Shown one piece after another: positions 51,816 through 62,403 of a stretch of DNA of 64,000 nucleotides; positions within the stretch are counted from its first letter, which is position 1, and each line of letters opens with the position of its first letter. Origin of the DNA: Rhizodiscina lignyota (Eukaryota); assembly GCA_010015805.1 (NCBI GenBank), contig ML978139.1, positions 310,001-374,000 on the forward strand, written 5' to 3'. Both the position numbers and the translations under genes were made by a program. The notes beneath the pieces were generated by a model. That model made no database searches, was not told where the DNA came from, and saw only the letters and a program-made list of their open reading frames with translations.

Positions 51816-52420
51816 TCAATGCCCTCTTATGACCCCACCGTTACGCAGAGCGCCTAGATCCATTGCCGCATTGCCGGTACATTCTGCCTTCGCGGATGCC
51901 TCCTTAGGTACTCTATAGGCGCGTAAGCAGGCCGAGTCTCCGTAATTCCCTAATCTCGCGACCTCCACAAGCGCCCTCGCCGCGTACCAATCCGTCACAA
52001 CCTGCCTGCCTATTGCCGTGATGGTTGGATCTGCCTCCTCGTACATCCTCGCGAGCATTGACCACTCGATATTAGGAAAGTGCCTTCACTCCGAGACCTC
52101 CTGAGCAAGTGTCCGTCGGCGATGATCTCGAGTGCACATTTTCCGGCCTCGGGAAGCAGTTCGGTGGTGCGCGCGCGAGTTTTAGTCCATCTTCCGGCTT
52201 CACGATTGGCGTAGAGGCATGGTTGGGGCCGAGGCACTGCTAGCCATACTTAACGAGAGAGCTGAAAGCTTTCGAGGTCTATATAGAATAGAAGACTTCT
52301 TGGGGTGTCCAACGTAGTGCGGATTTTCATATTCCCAAAGGCCGCCTGGAGAAGGCTGCTATCAGCCCTTCCTACAGAGTGGGCCATCTCGGGGATCTAT
52401 TATGACACCGCCACGAGCCT
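51816..52420 (-). pseudogene. Cys/His-rich domain family, paralogue 4 (pseudogene)
   Basis: GPLCRKG**QPSPGGLWEYENPHYVGH (conserved C and Y changed to stops, two C changed to Y), KYG*QCLG, then frameshifted RWTKTRARTTELLPEAGKCALEIIADG and RQVVTDWYAA. Confidence 0.8.
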
Positions 52421-52924
52421 CCGGGTGAAGGAGTATAGCAGCCGGCGTTGCTAGCCGCTCCACTTCCTTGCTAATCGCAAAAATGGAGGTCAGCAGAGAT
52501 CGAATTCCGAGACTCGTCGTGCTCCATTCATATCAATATACCACGTCTGGTACTCCCCCGCAGAGAATATTTTGCTTGATGAAATCCATTGGGGATAAGT
52601 GTGAGATTTTTTGGAGAGCTTAATAAATGGCCGAACTAGACAAAAGTAGTAAAATGAGAAAAATGGAACATTTATACTTCCCGAAAAAAGAATATGACGC
52701 AAAAGCCTTCACAGGAAGTCAAGAAAGGTATCGTTTTAAGCGCCAGGTGGAAGCATGGACCTCATGACGATATCTCTTCCAAGCCTTGAGCGCCCTTTGA
52801 GAATATGTCCCATGACGATAGCTCTCTTTCCCACGTCTAATCGGCAGCTGAAACCATGTCTCACGACAATACGTCTTTCCCGCCTCTGGTGGCGTTCCAA
52901 GCCACGATCGATACGCATGCACGT

Positions 52925-53434
52925 TCAAGCTCGCCCTCGCAGCCTCGCCTCACTTACCATCCACACTGCCGCCCCCAAATCAGTGACCACCTCCGTAGGT
53001 ATACTCGGATGTCCATGACGATACATATCAGCAACATAAGTCCACAACTCCGGATCGTGCCTAAGATCTATCTGTTTCAACCACCCATCACATATCAGTT
53101 CTAGCGCCCAAGATCCGGCAGATGGCAGCACTGTAGTCGCCTGTTGGCGCAAACTACGCCATTGGCGTTCGTACACATGGTTCCATGAATTGAGGCCAAT
53201 GCATTGGAAGTCGTAGCGCCACTCGTGGCCAGCGCAGTACGGGTTATGGCATTTGTAAGGGCCACCGGCAGAGGGGGCATAGCAGCCATTGTGTTCGCAG
53301 GCGTGCCCGACGTACTGGAGATGGTAGCACCTGACTTGTGGTGGAACGTTGTCGGGATTTTCGAATTGTCCATTGATGATGTAGAGCGCTCCCTCGGCGG
53401 CCCCTTCCCACCTTGGGGGATTTGGATCTATCAT
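52925..53434 (-). CDS. Cys/His-rich domain family, paralogue 5 (~169 aa)
   Basis: YIING...VRCYHLQYVGHACEHNGCY...PYKCHNPYCAGHEWRYDFQCIG...VLPSAGSWALELICDG...VVTDL; start taken at MIDPNPP. Confidence 0.82.
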   Translation of the reverse strand: MIDPNPPRWEGAAEGALYIINGQFENPDNVPPQVRCYHLQYVGHACEHNGCYAPSAGGPYKCHNPYCAGHEWRYDFQCIGLNSWNHVYERQWRSLRQQATTVLPSAGSWALELICDGWLKQIDLRHDPELWTYVADMYRHGHPSIPTEVVTDLGAAVWMVSEARLRGRA

Positions 53435-53884
53435 ACGCGACACCCTGGGAGACGAGGAATTTTCAGAAAGTTGAGGATGTTGCAGGGTTGCTAATAGTTT
53501 AACGGTGATGTGTGGAAACAACTGAGCTGGCACTTGGGGAACATCAATTAAATAGAGACCTGGAAGATCTGTTGAGCCGTAATGACGACCGTTGGGTATA
53601 TTCATAGGTGTATAAGGGGTTCGTTATCAAGTTCGTGGCCTCCAAAGTCGCCGTACAGAGCCGAGCAAAGTTTCGTTGACCCTTTCCGTGACAATGTTGA
53701 TATCACAGATATGTGTTAGCGCTCTGTGGAACGATCAGGGGTCATACGTACCGAAGTCTCCCAGTCATAGTGACCTTGATAAATTCCTCACATCGTTTCC
53801 CACATTAACAGTATCCCCAAGCCTCGCTCTCGGTCGTAGCTTTGTCGTGGATCTCAGGCGATTATCCTTTACTTAATTAGCAAG

Positions 53885-55834
53885 ATGTGGAGAACAGCAG
53901 CCTCAACCCAAACCTTCCTCATTAACGGCGTGGAAGAGCCCATATCAACCTTCCCTCATGACGCTAATGTCCGCTGCGCGCACATCCTCAACGGGAGTCG
54001 TGGCTGTCAGCATGGCTGCTACCAGACGCACGAAGATATGCGCGGCGACATGCCCCTCAACTGGTATTGCAATAACGTATACTGCAGCGGCCATCCATCG
54101 AAGTATTATGTGCAGTGCTGCGGCACAACGCCTTGGATTTGTGCCGAGAGAGCGCAATCAGCAATAGATCTATCAGGCGTAGCCGATACCCTCTTGCCGG
54201 GGTGTGATGGTTGGGGTCTGGAGATTATCTGCGATGGATACGCTGACTATCTTGAAAGCGCGGACCATATCCAAGAGGTTGCCATGGGGTATGCTACCGG
54301 GGAGGAAGAGTATGTCGGTGATGGCGCGGTTGTATCCGACTTTCAGGCAGCTGCGCAAGAGGTTGAAAGGTTTAGAGCGAACATGCCGCAATGGTTGAAG
54401 GCTATGGTGCCTGTTCAAGATCGGAGACGAGGTATCGTTCCACAGGAGCTATTGGGTGCAGGCGAAGCACACCAAGTTGGCGGGCAATTGAATAACGTAT
54501 TTGGCGGGAACAACGATGGCCACAGTTTCGATGGAAATGAATTGGGACTGTCGACTACAGAGCACATGACTCGTAATCAGCACATCAGGGGTACTCGGCC
54601 ATCCGCTTCCAATCAAAACCTTGGTGATCCAGGCATAAGAGTCTATGGCCATGGACTTGCTGGCGATGACCCAGAGGTACCGGAGCATGAAGGCGAGTAT
54701 GGCAATGACCCAGATGAGGACGAGGAGGAGGACGGAGAGCAAGACGAAGAGGAAGAGGGTGACGATCAAGAAGGCCAGTCCAGTGGCGAAGACGAGCGTC
54801 AAGCGATTGCTGAATCTCTCAAGGCAGCAAAGGCGGAAAAGGCCGCTGCCACTCGAAGGCAGGCTGAGTTGGAAGCTGAAGAACAACAACAGCTTGAAGA
54901 GATCCAAAGAGTAAGCAGAGAGGAAGCGGTGAGAGCGAGACGTGAGGCAGATATGAGAGATCGCATGGAAGAAGAAGCCTTTATGGCAGAACAAATTAGA
55001 ATGATTGAGGAGCAGGGACGAAAGGAAGAAGCGGCCTTTGCCAAAAACCGAAGAAAGTATGGAGAGATCGAAGCCGCGAAGCAGCAGAAACTAGATGACG
55101 CACAGCTCTTGGAAAATCTTAGGCGGATTGAATTGAGGGAGAAGGAGGAGAAGGAGAAGAGAGAATCTGAAGAAATGGAGATGATACGCCAGACGATTAA
55201 GCAAAGTCTGAAAACGACCGAGACACCTAAACAGAGTGGCACAAACAATGCTCCGAAGTCTAAACAGCGCCCCAGAATGAATGTTGAAGAGCGTCGAACC
55301 AGTAGTGGGGCGCACGCTGTATCTGCTTCCCCAGCGAAACCAGCAAGTCGCAGAGCTGAAGATCCCAGAGCTTCTGTGAAGCCCTCTGCTCAGCCGCAGC
55401 CGATCAAGTCTAGACCAACAAAAAACGGAGCATTGCTTAAGGCTCTCAAGGTACACACCACGAGTGCCTCGAAGCCTGCTTCAAATAATCCAAATTCATT
55501 GCGTCAGCCAAAGACCAAGGCCTCGAACACTCTAACTGTCTCTCAGACTCAGACGAGTATAGTAACGACAACGGTCATGAAAAGCTCCGACATCGCATCT
55601 CGTACATTTGGGAAAGCAAAGAAGACTACCAAAGATGCGGCGACGGAGCAGCAGCGGCTGGGATCTGCGACAACTCCAGATCCTTTGCTGGACGGAACCC
55701 GTGAACAAGCACCGCAACATCCATGGCGTGAAGCCGAGGCTAAGCTAGGTCTTCTCCATAATGAGCATGATAGTCTCCCAGGATACAGTGAAATGGCTGC
55801 TCCTGGAATGAGTATCGAGGCCGACTATGAGTGA
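53885..55834 (+). CDS. Cys/His-rich domain family, long paralogue 6 (649 aa) with acidic tract, charged helix carrying UIM-like motifs, and C-terminal LPxY
   Basis: FLING...VRCAHILNGSRGCQHGCY...WYCNNVYCSGHPSKYYVQCCG...LLPGCDGWGLEIICDG...VVSDF; EDERQAIAESLK; LPGY. Confidence 0.85.
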   Translation: MWRTAASTQTFLINGVEEPISTFPHDANVRCAHILNGSRGCQHGCYQTHEDMRGDMPLNWYCNNVYCSGHPSKYYVQCCGTTPWICAERAQSAIDLSGVADTLLPGCDGWGLEIICDGYADYLESADHIQEVAMGYATGEEEYVGDGAVVSDFQAAAQEVERFRANMPQWLKAMVPVQDRRRGIVPQELLGAGEAHQVGGQLNNVFGGNNDGHSFDGNELGLSTTEHMTRNQHIRGTRPSASNQNLGDPGIRVYGHGLAGDDPEVPEHEGEYGNDPDEDEEEDGEQDEEEEGDDQEGQSSGEDERQAIAESLKAAKAEKAAATRRQAELEAEEQQQLEEIQRVSREEAVRARREADMRDRMEEEAFMAEQIRMIEEQGRKEEAAFAKNRRKYGEIEAAKQQKLDDAQLLENLRRIELREKEEKEKRESEEMEMIRQTIKQSLKTTETPKQSGTNNAPKSKQRPRMNVEERRTSSGAHAVSASPAKPASRRAEDPRASVKPSAQPQPIKSRPTKNGALLKALKVHTTSASKPASNNPNSLRQPKTKASNTLTVSQTQTSIVTTTVMKSSDIASRTFGKAKKTTKDAATEQQRLGSATTPDPLLDGTREQAPQHPWREAEAKLGLLHNEHDSLPGYSEMAAPGMSIEADYE

Positions 55835-58078
55835 GATGCTAAGGATTGTGGACTGCGTACGAATTTGTAAGAAAGACATTGGCGAGGTCGAGATCAACGG
55901 ATTCAAGCTTGTTGCCGAGAATAGCTCGGAATTGATGTACCAGGAAAGACAGAATAACGATAGTTGCGATAAAATAGTATTGCCCAGGTGGCTCGGCCCG
56001 TCTATCCTCTCGGTCATCTAACGCATCTAAGTCAGATAGCCTTTCGCTCGAGATGATCAGAACGAAACTGGGGCTGTTGACGGGATTCCGAGAAGAGTCA
56101 ATACCAATTTAAGAATTACGAAAATACCAGCTTTGTCAAGTCGAAGAAGTGAATGGTGAATTTGAGATCAGCTTAGGCGTGCGTGCTAAAGGTTCCACTC
56201 CAAAGGCTCTATGTCCGATAGCCTGTTTCGTATTAGTTATTGCTAATTCAGGACTGTATCCACTACCGAGACCACCAAATTCGGGGGACGGTCTGAGAAT
56301 CCGTCCTCTCTGCCGACCGAAGGCAGGAAAGACGGGATCGAAGATGGAGCTAGAGGCGATAAACGGCAGCACCATCCGGTATTCGCGGCAGGCCGACATA
56401 TGGTGTGCGAAAAGCTTCAGTCCGGTGGTCACTGGCGCCGCGAGATGGTTCCTAAAGGGGGTGCTGAAGGATTACGTGGACTCAATAGAAGTGCAGAGGG
56501 GGAAGTGCAGCATGGGGATCCGACTGATAGACCGACCCCAAAGGTCACTCTAAGTCAAGAAGAGGTCGTGTTACTCCCGGCACTCTGGGCCAGACAGTGA
56601 CGAATGGGAGGAACGAGATGCGATCGGACGGTTCCTCGACGGAGGCTGGTGCTGACCTTGCTGGGAACAGGATTGCTGGGAACAGGATTGCGGCACTGGC
56701 GTTGTGCGTTGTGCCAAGGAAAAGCTTAGCCTTACTTATTTCGACGTCCTATTGCATCATCGCTTCACCACTGCCCTCTTTGTCTGTGTCTTCCGCGGCC
56801 TCTCGCGGTGCGATGTCTTTATCTTGCCGAGTCTCAGATGCTTCCGTTCTATCGAACGTGCGACACGTACCTGATGCGAAGTGCCGCGGACAGGAATGAT
56901 ATGTGTCTCACCCACGCCGTTCACTGCTGGGATCAGGCACTCAGCGCCTGATCTCCTTCAGGCATGGCTCGTCCACACTACCGCCAGCATTCGACCAATC
57001 TGGCGCACTTCACCCCGCCAAACGAGTATTCCTCCGCAATTGGGCCTACGCTTGACGCTGCAGACGCTGGATCCGTGAGTGCAGAGTAGTTTTCGCTCGA
57101 CGTCTTATACAACATACCTGAGATCGAAGTCGGAGTGGGCCAGAAGATGATGAAGATCTCGGCAATTGGGCAGCGTAGCCCAGGCACGTGCGCGGGACGA
57201 TGAGCGAATCGTTTCGCCAGCGTGAGGCTACAAAACTCGAAACTCTTCCTTGACAGCGTCCCGTCCGCGCCGTCGCACCCCGGCCGACGCCTGCGCTATC
57301 TCTGCACTCTGATGCGCTCGATGCGCTCGTGCGTGTACCGTGTCGCTTTTAGCCAATTGTGACGCCATGGCCCAGCTGAGCTGGACCGTCTTTTAAGGCC
57401 CTGTTCGCTCGTGAGGCGGTGCGGGCAAAGCTTCTTATATCACATCATCGACATGCATTCAGTATATGAGTACCTTCGCGCTCGCATTTCCTCATCCTGA
57501 ATCCGTTACTATACCAATGGGGAATACATCTCATTTGTCGTAAATTTAGTGTTAATTCCTTCTACTTGCGCCCCCGGTTGGCGTACCGAACTGACTCAAG
57601 ACGACTGAATTGCGGCAATGTTACAGCGAGATTTACGTCCTTCTGCTTGAGCAACTCGCCGACGCTGAGCTGAGCTCTGATACGTCGGTTCTAGCTGTCG
57701 AGGCACGAAATCTGATATAACATCGTCGTTCTGGAAATAGCCAATTCGGGCCACAATAACGGCGCGGTAACCACGGCGCAGCGCTGCTGACAATCTCAAG
57801 GGAGATGCGATGGCGCGGTGGTTCATAAAGAGACGGGGCAGCTTCTTTGTTCATATCGATCCACAACCAAGGCCATGGTGACGCCTCACTGATGTGATCA
57901 GATAAAGAGATACGGCATCACCCTTAACACAAAGGTCCAGCCATCCGCCAACCAATCCGAGCCGATTGTGAGGAGCAACCACACAAAGAAAAATACATAA
58001 CACAGTCTCACCAATTAATCTCAAAGATTTATTGGAATACTCTCCCACCTATCTTCAATTCCACTCGTTACTCCACCA

Positions 58079-59920
58079 ATGCCAATGGCAACTCTTCGAA
58101 GTCCTTCGCTAAGGTCTTTCCCCGCATCTTGTCTAATGGCGTCCCCATCGTCTGTCTTGTTACTGTTGTTTACCCTACTCACCATCTTCTCAACACCCTC
58201 CTCTGCGAAACCTTATCCATCCGCTTCAGCTTCTCCAGAGGCTCGTCCTTGGGCAAAACCATGGCCGCATCCGAATCCTTTGGCTGCAGCTGCGGCGCCG
58301 TCGCAGAGCAACACCTTCCAGTATGATGTTATCATCTACGGCGGCACTCCGGCGGCAATCAGCGCAGCAGTCCAAGTCAAGCGCATGGGCAAGACTGTTG
58401 CTATAGTCAACCCCGACGAGCATCTTGGTGGACTCACAAGCTCTGGCTTGGGCTGGACGGATTCCAAAAATGGCAACGCGATTGGCGGGATTGCGCGCGA
58501 ATTCTATAGCGCAGTCTACAAACACTATCTCTCCGACTCAGCTTGGATCCAAATGCCACGCCAGGAATACGTCGACATGAAAGTTTCCGCGCAACCTGGT
58601 CCCGCTGTCGACGGCGACAAGGAGATACAATGGACGTTTGAGCCCAAAGTGGCCGAGTCCATCTTCAAATCGTGGATCAATGACAACAATATCCCCGTCT
58701 ACAATGAGCACCTAGACCGATCGAGTGGAAGTGTCTCCAAGTCAGGCACCACAATCAAGGGCTTCAAGACTTTGTCTGGAAAGACGTTCAACGGCAATAT
58801 GTTCATCGATGCCGGCTACGAAGGTGACCTGATGGATGCAGCTGGCATCTCATTTAGCGTCGGTCGTGACAGCGCTTCTGTCTACGGAGAAAGTGCAGGC
58901 GGCCAGCGCGTCGCCGTTAACGATGGATACGAAGGCGTGGATCCGTACAAGACGAAGGGCAACTCGAAGAGTGGCCTTCTACTCGGAATCCAAGATACTC
59001 TCTCATCACCCCTGCCGCAAGGCTTCACGGGATCAGCAGATGACCTTCGCATCCAGTCTTTCAACTACCGCCTCTGTCTCACACATGATCCGGGTAACAA
59101 GATCGTCGTCACCAAGCCCGCCGGCTACCATGACTCCAACTACGAGCTCCTGCTTCGACTAATCGAAGCCGGCCACAACGCGTCCTTCACAGCTGATCCA
59201 ATGCCAAACCGCAAGACCGACTCGAACTCAGAAGGCAAAGTGAGCTTCGACCTCGTCGGCGGCAACTTCAACGAGGCCACTCATGAGACATATCCCACGG
59301 CAAGCTACGATGAGCGCAAGGCAATGATCGACGCCCACAAGAAATACCAGCAAGGTATCCTGTGGACACTTCAGAACCATCCACGCATCCCCGCCGAACA
59401 GCGCAAGAAGAATGCAGAATGGGGCTACGCAAAAGACGAGTTCACGTCCAACAACAACTGGCCCTATTCTATCTACGTCCGTGAATCACGCCGCATGAAC
59501 GGCATGCATGTCCTAACCCAACAGGACGTGCAGAACCGTGCTGGCTACATCGGCGACGCCGTCGCCGGCCTGGGCTCGTACAACCTCGACTCGCACGTCG
59601 TGCGCCGCGTCGTTATGGGCGACCAAATCTACGACGAAGGCTGGTTCTACATCAGAGAAGGCTCGACACCATTCCCCATCCCATACCAAGCCATCTTGCC
59701 GCAGGCAGACGAGGCGACCAACCTGCTCAACCCGGTCACGCTGTCGGCAACGCATGTCGGCTTCTCTGCCGTGCGCATGGAGCCGACGTTCATGGTGCTG
59801 GGCCAGAGCGCGGGCACAGCGGCCGTACTGGCGATCCAGCAGGGCTGTACAGTGCAAGATGTCGATCGGAAGAAGCTGAATAGTCGGCTGAAGAGCGACA
59901 AGCAGAAGGTTAGCTACTAG
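58079..59920 (+). CDS. Secreted FAD-dependent oxidoreductase (FAD_oxidored-type), intronless
   Basis: Hydrophobic signal, then YDVIIYGGTPAAISAAVQ, HLGGLTSSGLG, FEPKVAE, FIDAGYEGDLM, YVRESRRM, GSYNLDSH, IPYQAILP, SATHVGFSAVRMEPTFMVLGQSAGTAA. Confidence 0.9.
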   Translation: MPMATLRSPSLRSFPASCLMASPSSVLLLLFTLLTIFSTPSSAKPYPSASASPEARPWAKPWPHPNPLAAAAAPSQSNTFQYDVIIYGGTPAAISAAVQVKRMGKTVAIVNPDEHLGGLTSSGLGWTDSKNGNAIGGIAREFYSAVYKHYLSDSAWIQMPRQEYVDMKVSAQPGPAVDGDKEIQWTFEPKVAESIFKSWINDNNIPVYNEHLDRSSGSVSKSGTTIKGFKTLSGKTFNGNMFIDAGYEGDLMDAAGISFSVGRDSASVYGESAGGQRVAVNDGYEGVDPYKTKGNSKSGLLLGIQDTLSSPLPQGFTGSADDLRIQSFNYRLCLTHDPGNKIVVTKPAGYHDSNYELLLRLIEAGHNASFTADPMPNRKTDSNSEGKVSFDLVGGNFNEATHETYPTASYDERKAMIDAHKKYQQGILWTLQNHPRIPAEQRKKNAEWGYAKDEFTSNNNWPYSIYVRESRRMNGMHVLTQQDVQNRAGYIGDAVAGLGSYNLDSHVVRRVVMGDQIYDEGWFYIREGSTPFPIPYQAILPQADEATNLLNPVTLSATHVGFSAVRMEPTFMVLGQSAGTAAVLAIQQGCTVQDVDRKKLNSRLKSDKQKVSY

Positions 59921-61509
59921 AGATGATCATTATTGGGAGGCTTTTTGTTTGCATAGCGAGGCGCATTATAGATCTGGGAGATTGTGAGACATGGAGATCA
60001 GATGCTCATCTTTGATCTTTTGGCACGAATTCCCGAATTAAGTGGCAAAGTTGTTATATAACTTTGTAGAAAATGAAACCCTATTTTGAATCAAGGTTCG
60101 GAATGCGTTTCCAAATTATTTGTGAAATTCCACGCTGGACGGAACGTAAGGAGGCTACAACTAAATTCTAGACACAACTTTCTAAGCTACGGTGGGCGAA
60201 AGGCTATTTCACGCAATACCCCCAATTTGGCTGGAGTTTTGAAACGTCCTCCCATGAAACGATCAGTAGTCAAATGAAGACAATAATTTCTCTTTCAGCA
60301 GTACATGATGCTACCATCAATATGGAACGGGGAGACTTCCATCTACCTAAGTATGTCCGGAACCTGGAATATGCTCTAATCTCCATATCACCTTTTGTAC
60401 GGCCTTAGTTTCCTCCAACATCACAGCCCAAATTCATGTCTACATCGAGCTTTTCTTTTAGTCAGTGCTGAAAAGCTGCTTGGTCCAAGTGAGCTTCCTT
60501 ATGTCTTTCACCCGCTCACTTACCAGCGTTGCTATTTGCGTCGCATAGCTCTCGTTAGCCTAATACAGCGTCCGCTTCGGCCCCTACTACTCCCTCGGGC
60601 CCACACAATCGACAAATAGTCGAATCGATCACTGCAATATACCCTAGCGCACCTCCAGATCCGCATCAGGATCATTTAGCTCTCTAGGCTAGCATGGGCT
60701 GCAATAACGACGACGGCAGTGCAGGAGGCCCGCTGCTTCAAGCGATTTTGCTGTCGGGCAGTAGATCTGGATGCGTAAGATAGCCCGGACATACTCCGCT
60801 GAATAGATCACTGATGATGAAATTGTAGTGCATGCGGCGGCCAGGCAGACCAATGGTGTGTCTTCGCAAGCGAGTTGGACGGAACGCAATTTGAGCGGGC
60901 CATCTGTCCCGTTGTCGGCGGATGGAAGTGTGACGGTTCACTGTGCGAGATCCTTTGAGCTCCTTTCTCATTCTTGGCTGATATTGCTCAGACAAGTACG
61001 ATAACGCGACCGACACTTGGAACTAAGCAGTTAGCATGGGTGGTACTGTGGTGTCTACCCTTGCCAGATTCATGTCTCGAGTATGCTCATCTTCTGACAG
61101 TGAAATGGCAGAGGGCGGGGTACCCAGAGGCTGGGGAACGGCAGTCGAATGCCAAGATCAGTGTAGTGGTAGTGTGAACGTACATAGTGAGCACCGTTTC
61201 TAGCTACTTGAGCCGGAATCCTGACTGAGTCTTGGTACAGAATACGTTAACACCACCATTAGACTAGCTGTAGCAGATCCCTCTTTTTCGGACACCCTCG
61301 CGACGAGTGGTAGTAGTGCTACACAATTGAGCACTCCAGATGGCGGTATCACATGGACGATTGCACAGATTAACATCGATAAGACGTCTTTCTCGGTGTT
61401 GTCCTAATTGATGTAAATACGAAGCAAAGATAATCTTGGCTATTGAAATTCAACACTTGGGTATCTCAGAACTCACTATACCGCCCGATCATAGCCCTCC
61501 AAATCAAAG

Positions 61510-62370
61510 TCACAGAAGCAACACCAAGCTCATACAAAACACAACCACAGGCAATACCATGATGTACAGACCGCCGGTGACGCTCGTGGTCCCCGAAGGC
61601 AGATACGCTTGCGCACCAAAGTCGTCTGCACTTAAGTTCACCGCGCTCTTATTCGCCCGACAGTACATGCCTCCAAACAGCGTCCTATTATCCAATCCAT
61701 TCCCATCTTTCATCATACATGCCTTGAAGCTTCCCAACGTCTGATCTACTGTCAAATTCCCTGCGCCATCAGCACCATCTCCTCTCGGCAGTACGCAATA
61801 TTCATAGCAGTCTGTCACATCTAGCTTCAGCGGGGCAGGATCGCAGCATTCCTCAAACGAGTGTATATTCGACGCATTCAACAATATCGCGCATCCAGCA
61901 TGCGGATCGACGTAACCGGCAAGATCGCTCTGCCTTGGAGGCCACGCAGTAGCACAGGAATCGAACGTCGAAGTCGGAAACGATGCGTCTGTACCGGTTG
62001 CTGTCGCAGTCCCAAAACCGTCGTCGTCGCCAGAACCAGGTGATGAGCTCACGACATGCGGCTTCGCGCTACAGTACAGCACCTGCACAGTCGTCGTACC
62101 ATCCTGCTCAAGGCAGCTTTTCATGTAACTATACGCATCGTCGTCCGTTCCGATCGCCTCATCGAACTCCGCATTTAGGCTAGACGGGAGATCGCACCAG
62201 GAGTAGCATGGGTTCTCGGAGAAGACGTGCGGCTTCTCGGGCGCGCAACAGGTCGCAAAGCGAGTGTAGTTTGTTGCAGTCGAGCAGGAGTAGTAGTTCG
62301 AGGACGAGATGGAAGGGATGCCGAGCGCGAGGAGAGTGTCCACGGACAGTGGACAAGAAGAGTTGCTCAT
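61510..62370 (-). CDS. Cys-rich, probably membrane- or GPI-anchored protein with an internally duplicated Cys module
   Basis: Two repeats: FATCC..NPCYSWCDLP..MKSCL..LYC and FEECC..TDCYEYCVLP..FKACM..MYC; hydrophobic C-terminus; no clear signal peptide. Confidence 0.78.
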   Translation of the reverse strand: MSNSSCPLSVDTLLALGIPSISSSNYYSCSTATNYTRFATCCAPEKPHVFSENPCYSWCDLPSSLNAEFDEAIGTDDDAYSYMKSCLEQDGTTTVQVLYCSAKPHVVSSSPGSGDDDGFGTATATGTDASFPTSTFDSCATAWPPRQSDLAGYVDPHAGCAILLNASNIHSFEECCDPAPLKLDVTDCYEYCVLPRGDGADGAGNLTVDQTLGSFKACMMKDGNGLDNRTLFGGMYCRANKSAVNLSADDFGAQAYLPSGTTSVTGGLYIMVLPVVVFCMSLVLLL

Positions 62371-62403
62371 GCCATGGACTTGGCCGGGTTATAGCTCTTT
62401 CAA

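Noticed and set aside
56136..57200. ORF fragments and a 15-bp tandem duplication (TGCTGGGAACAGGAT x2, ~56659-56688)
   Set aside because: Stops interrupt the frames, no family is recognisable, and the Cys/His array motif is absent
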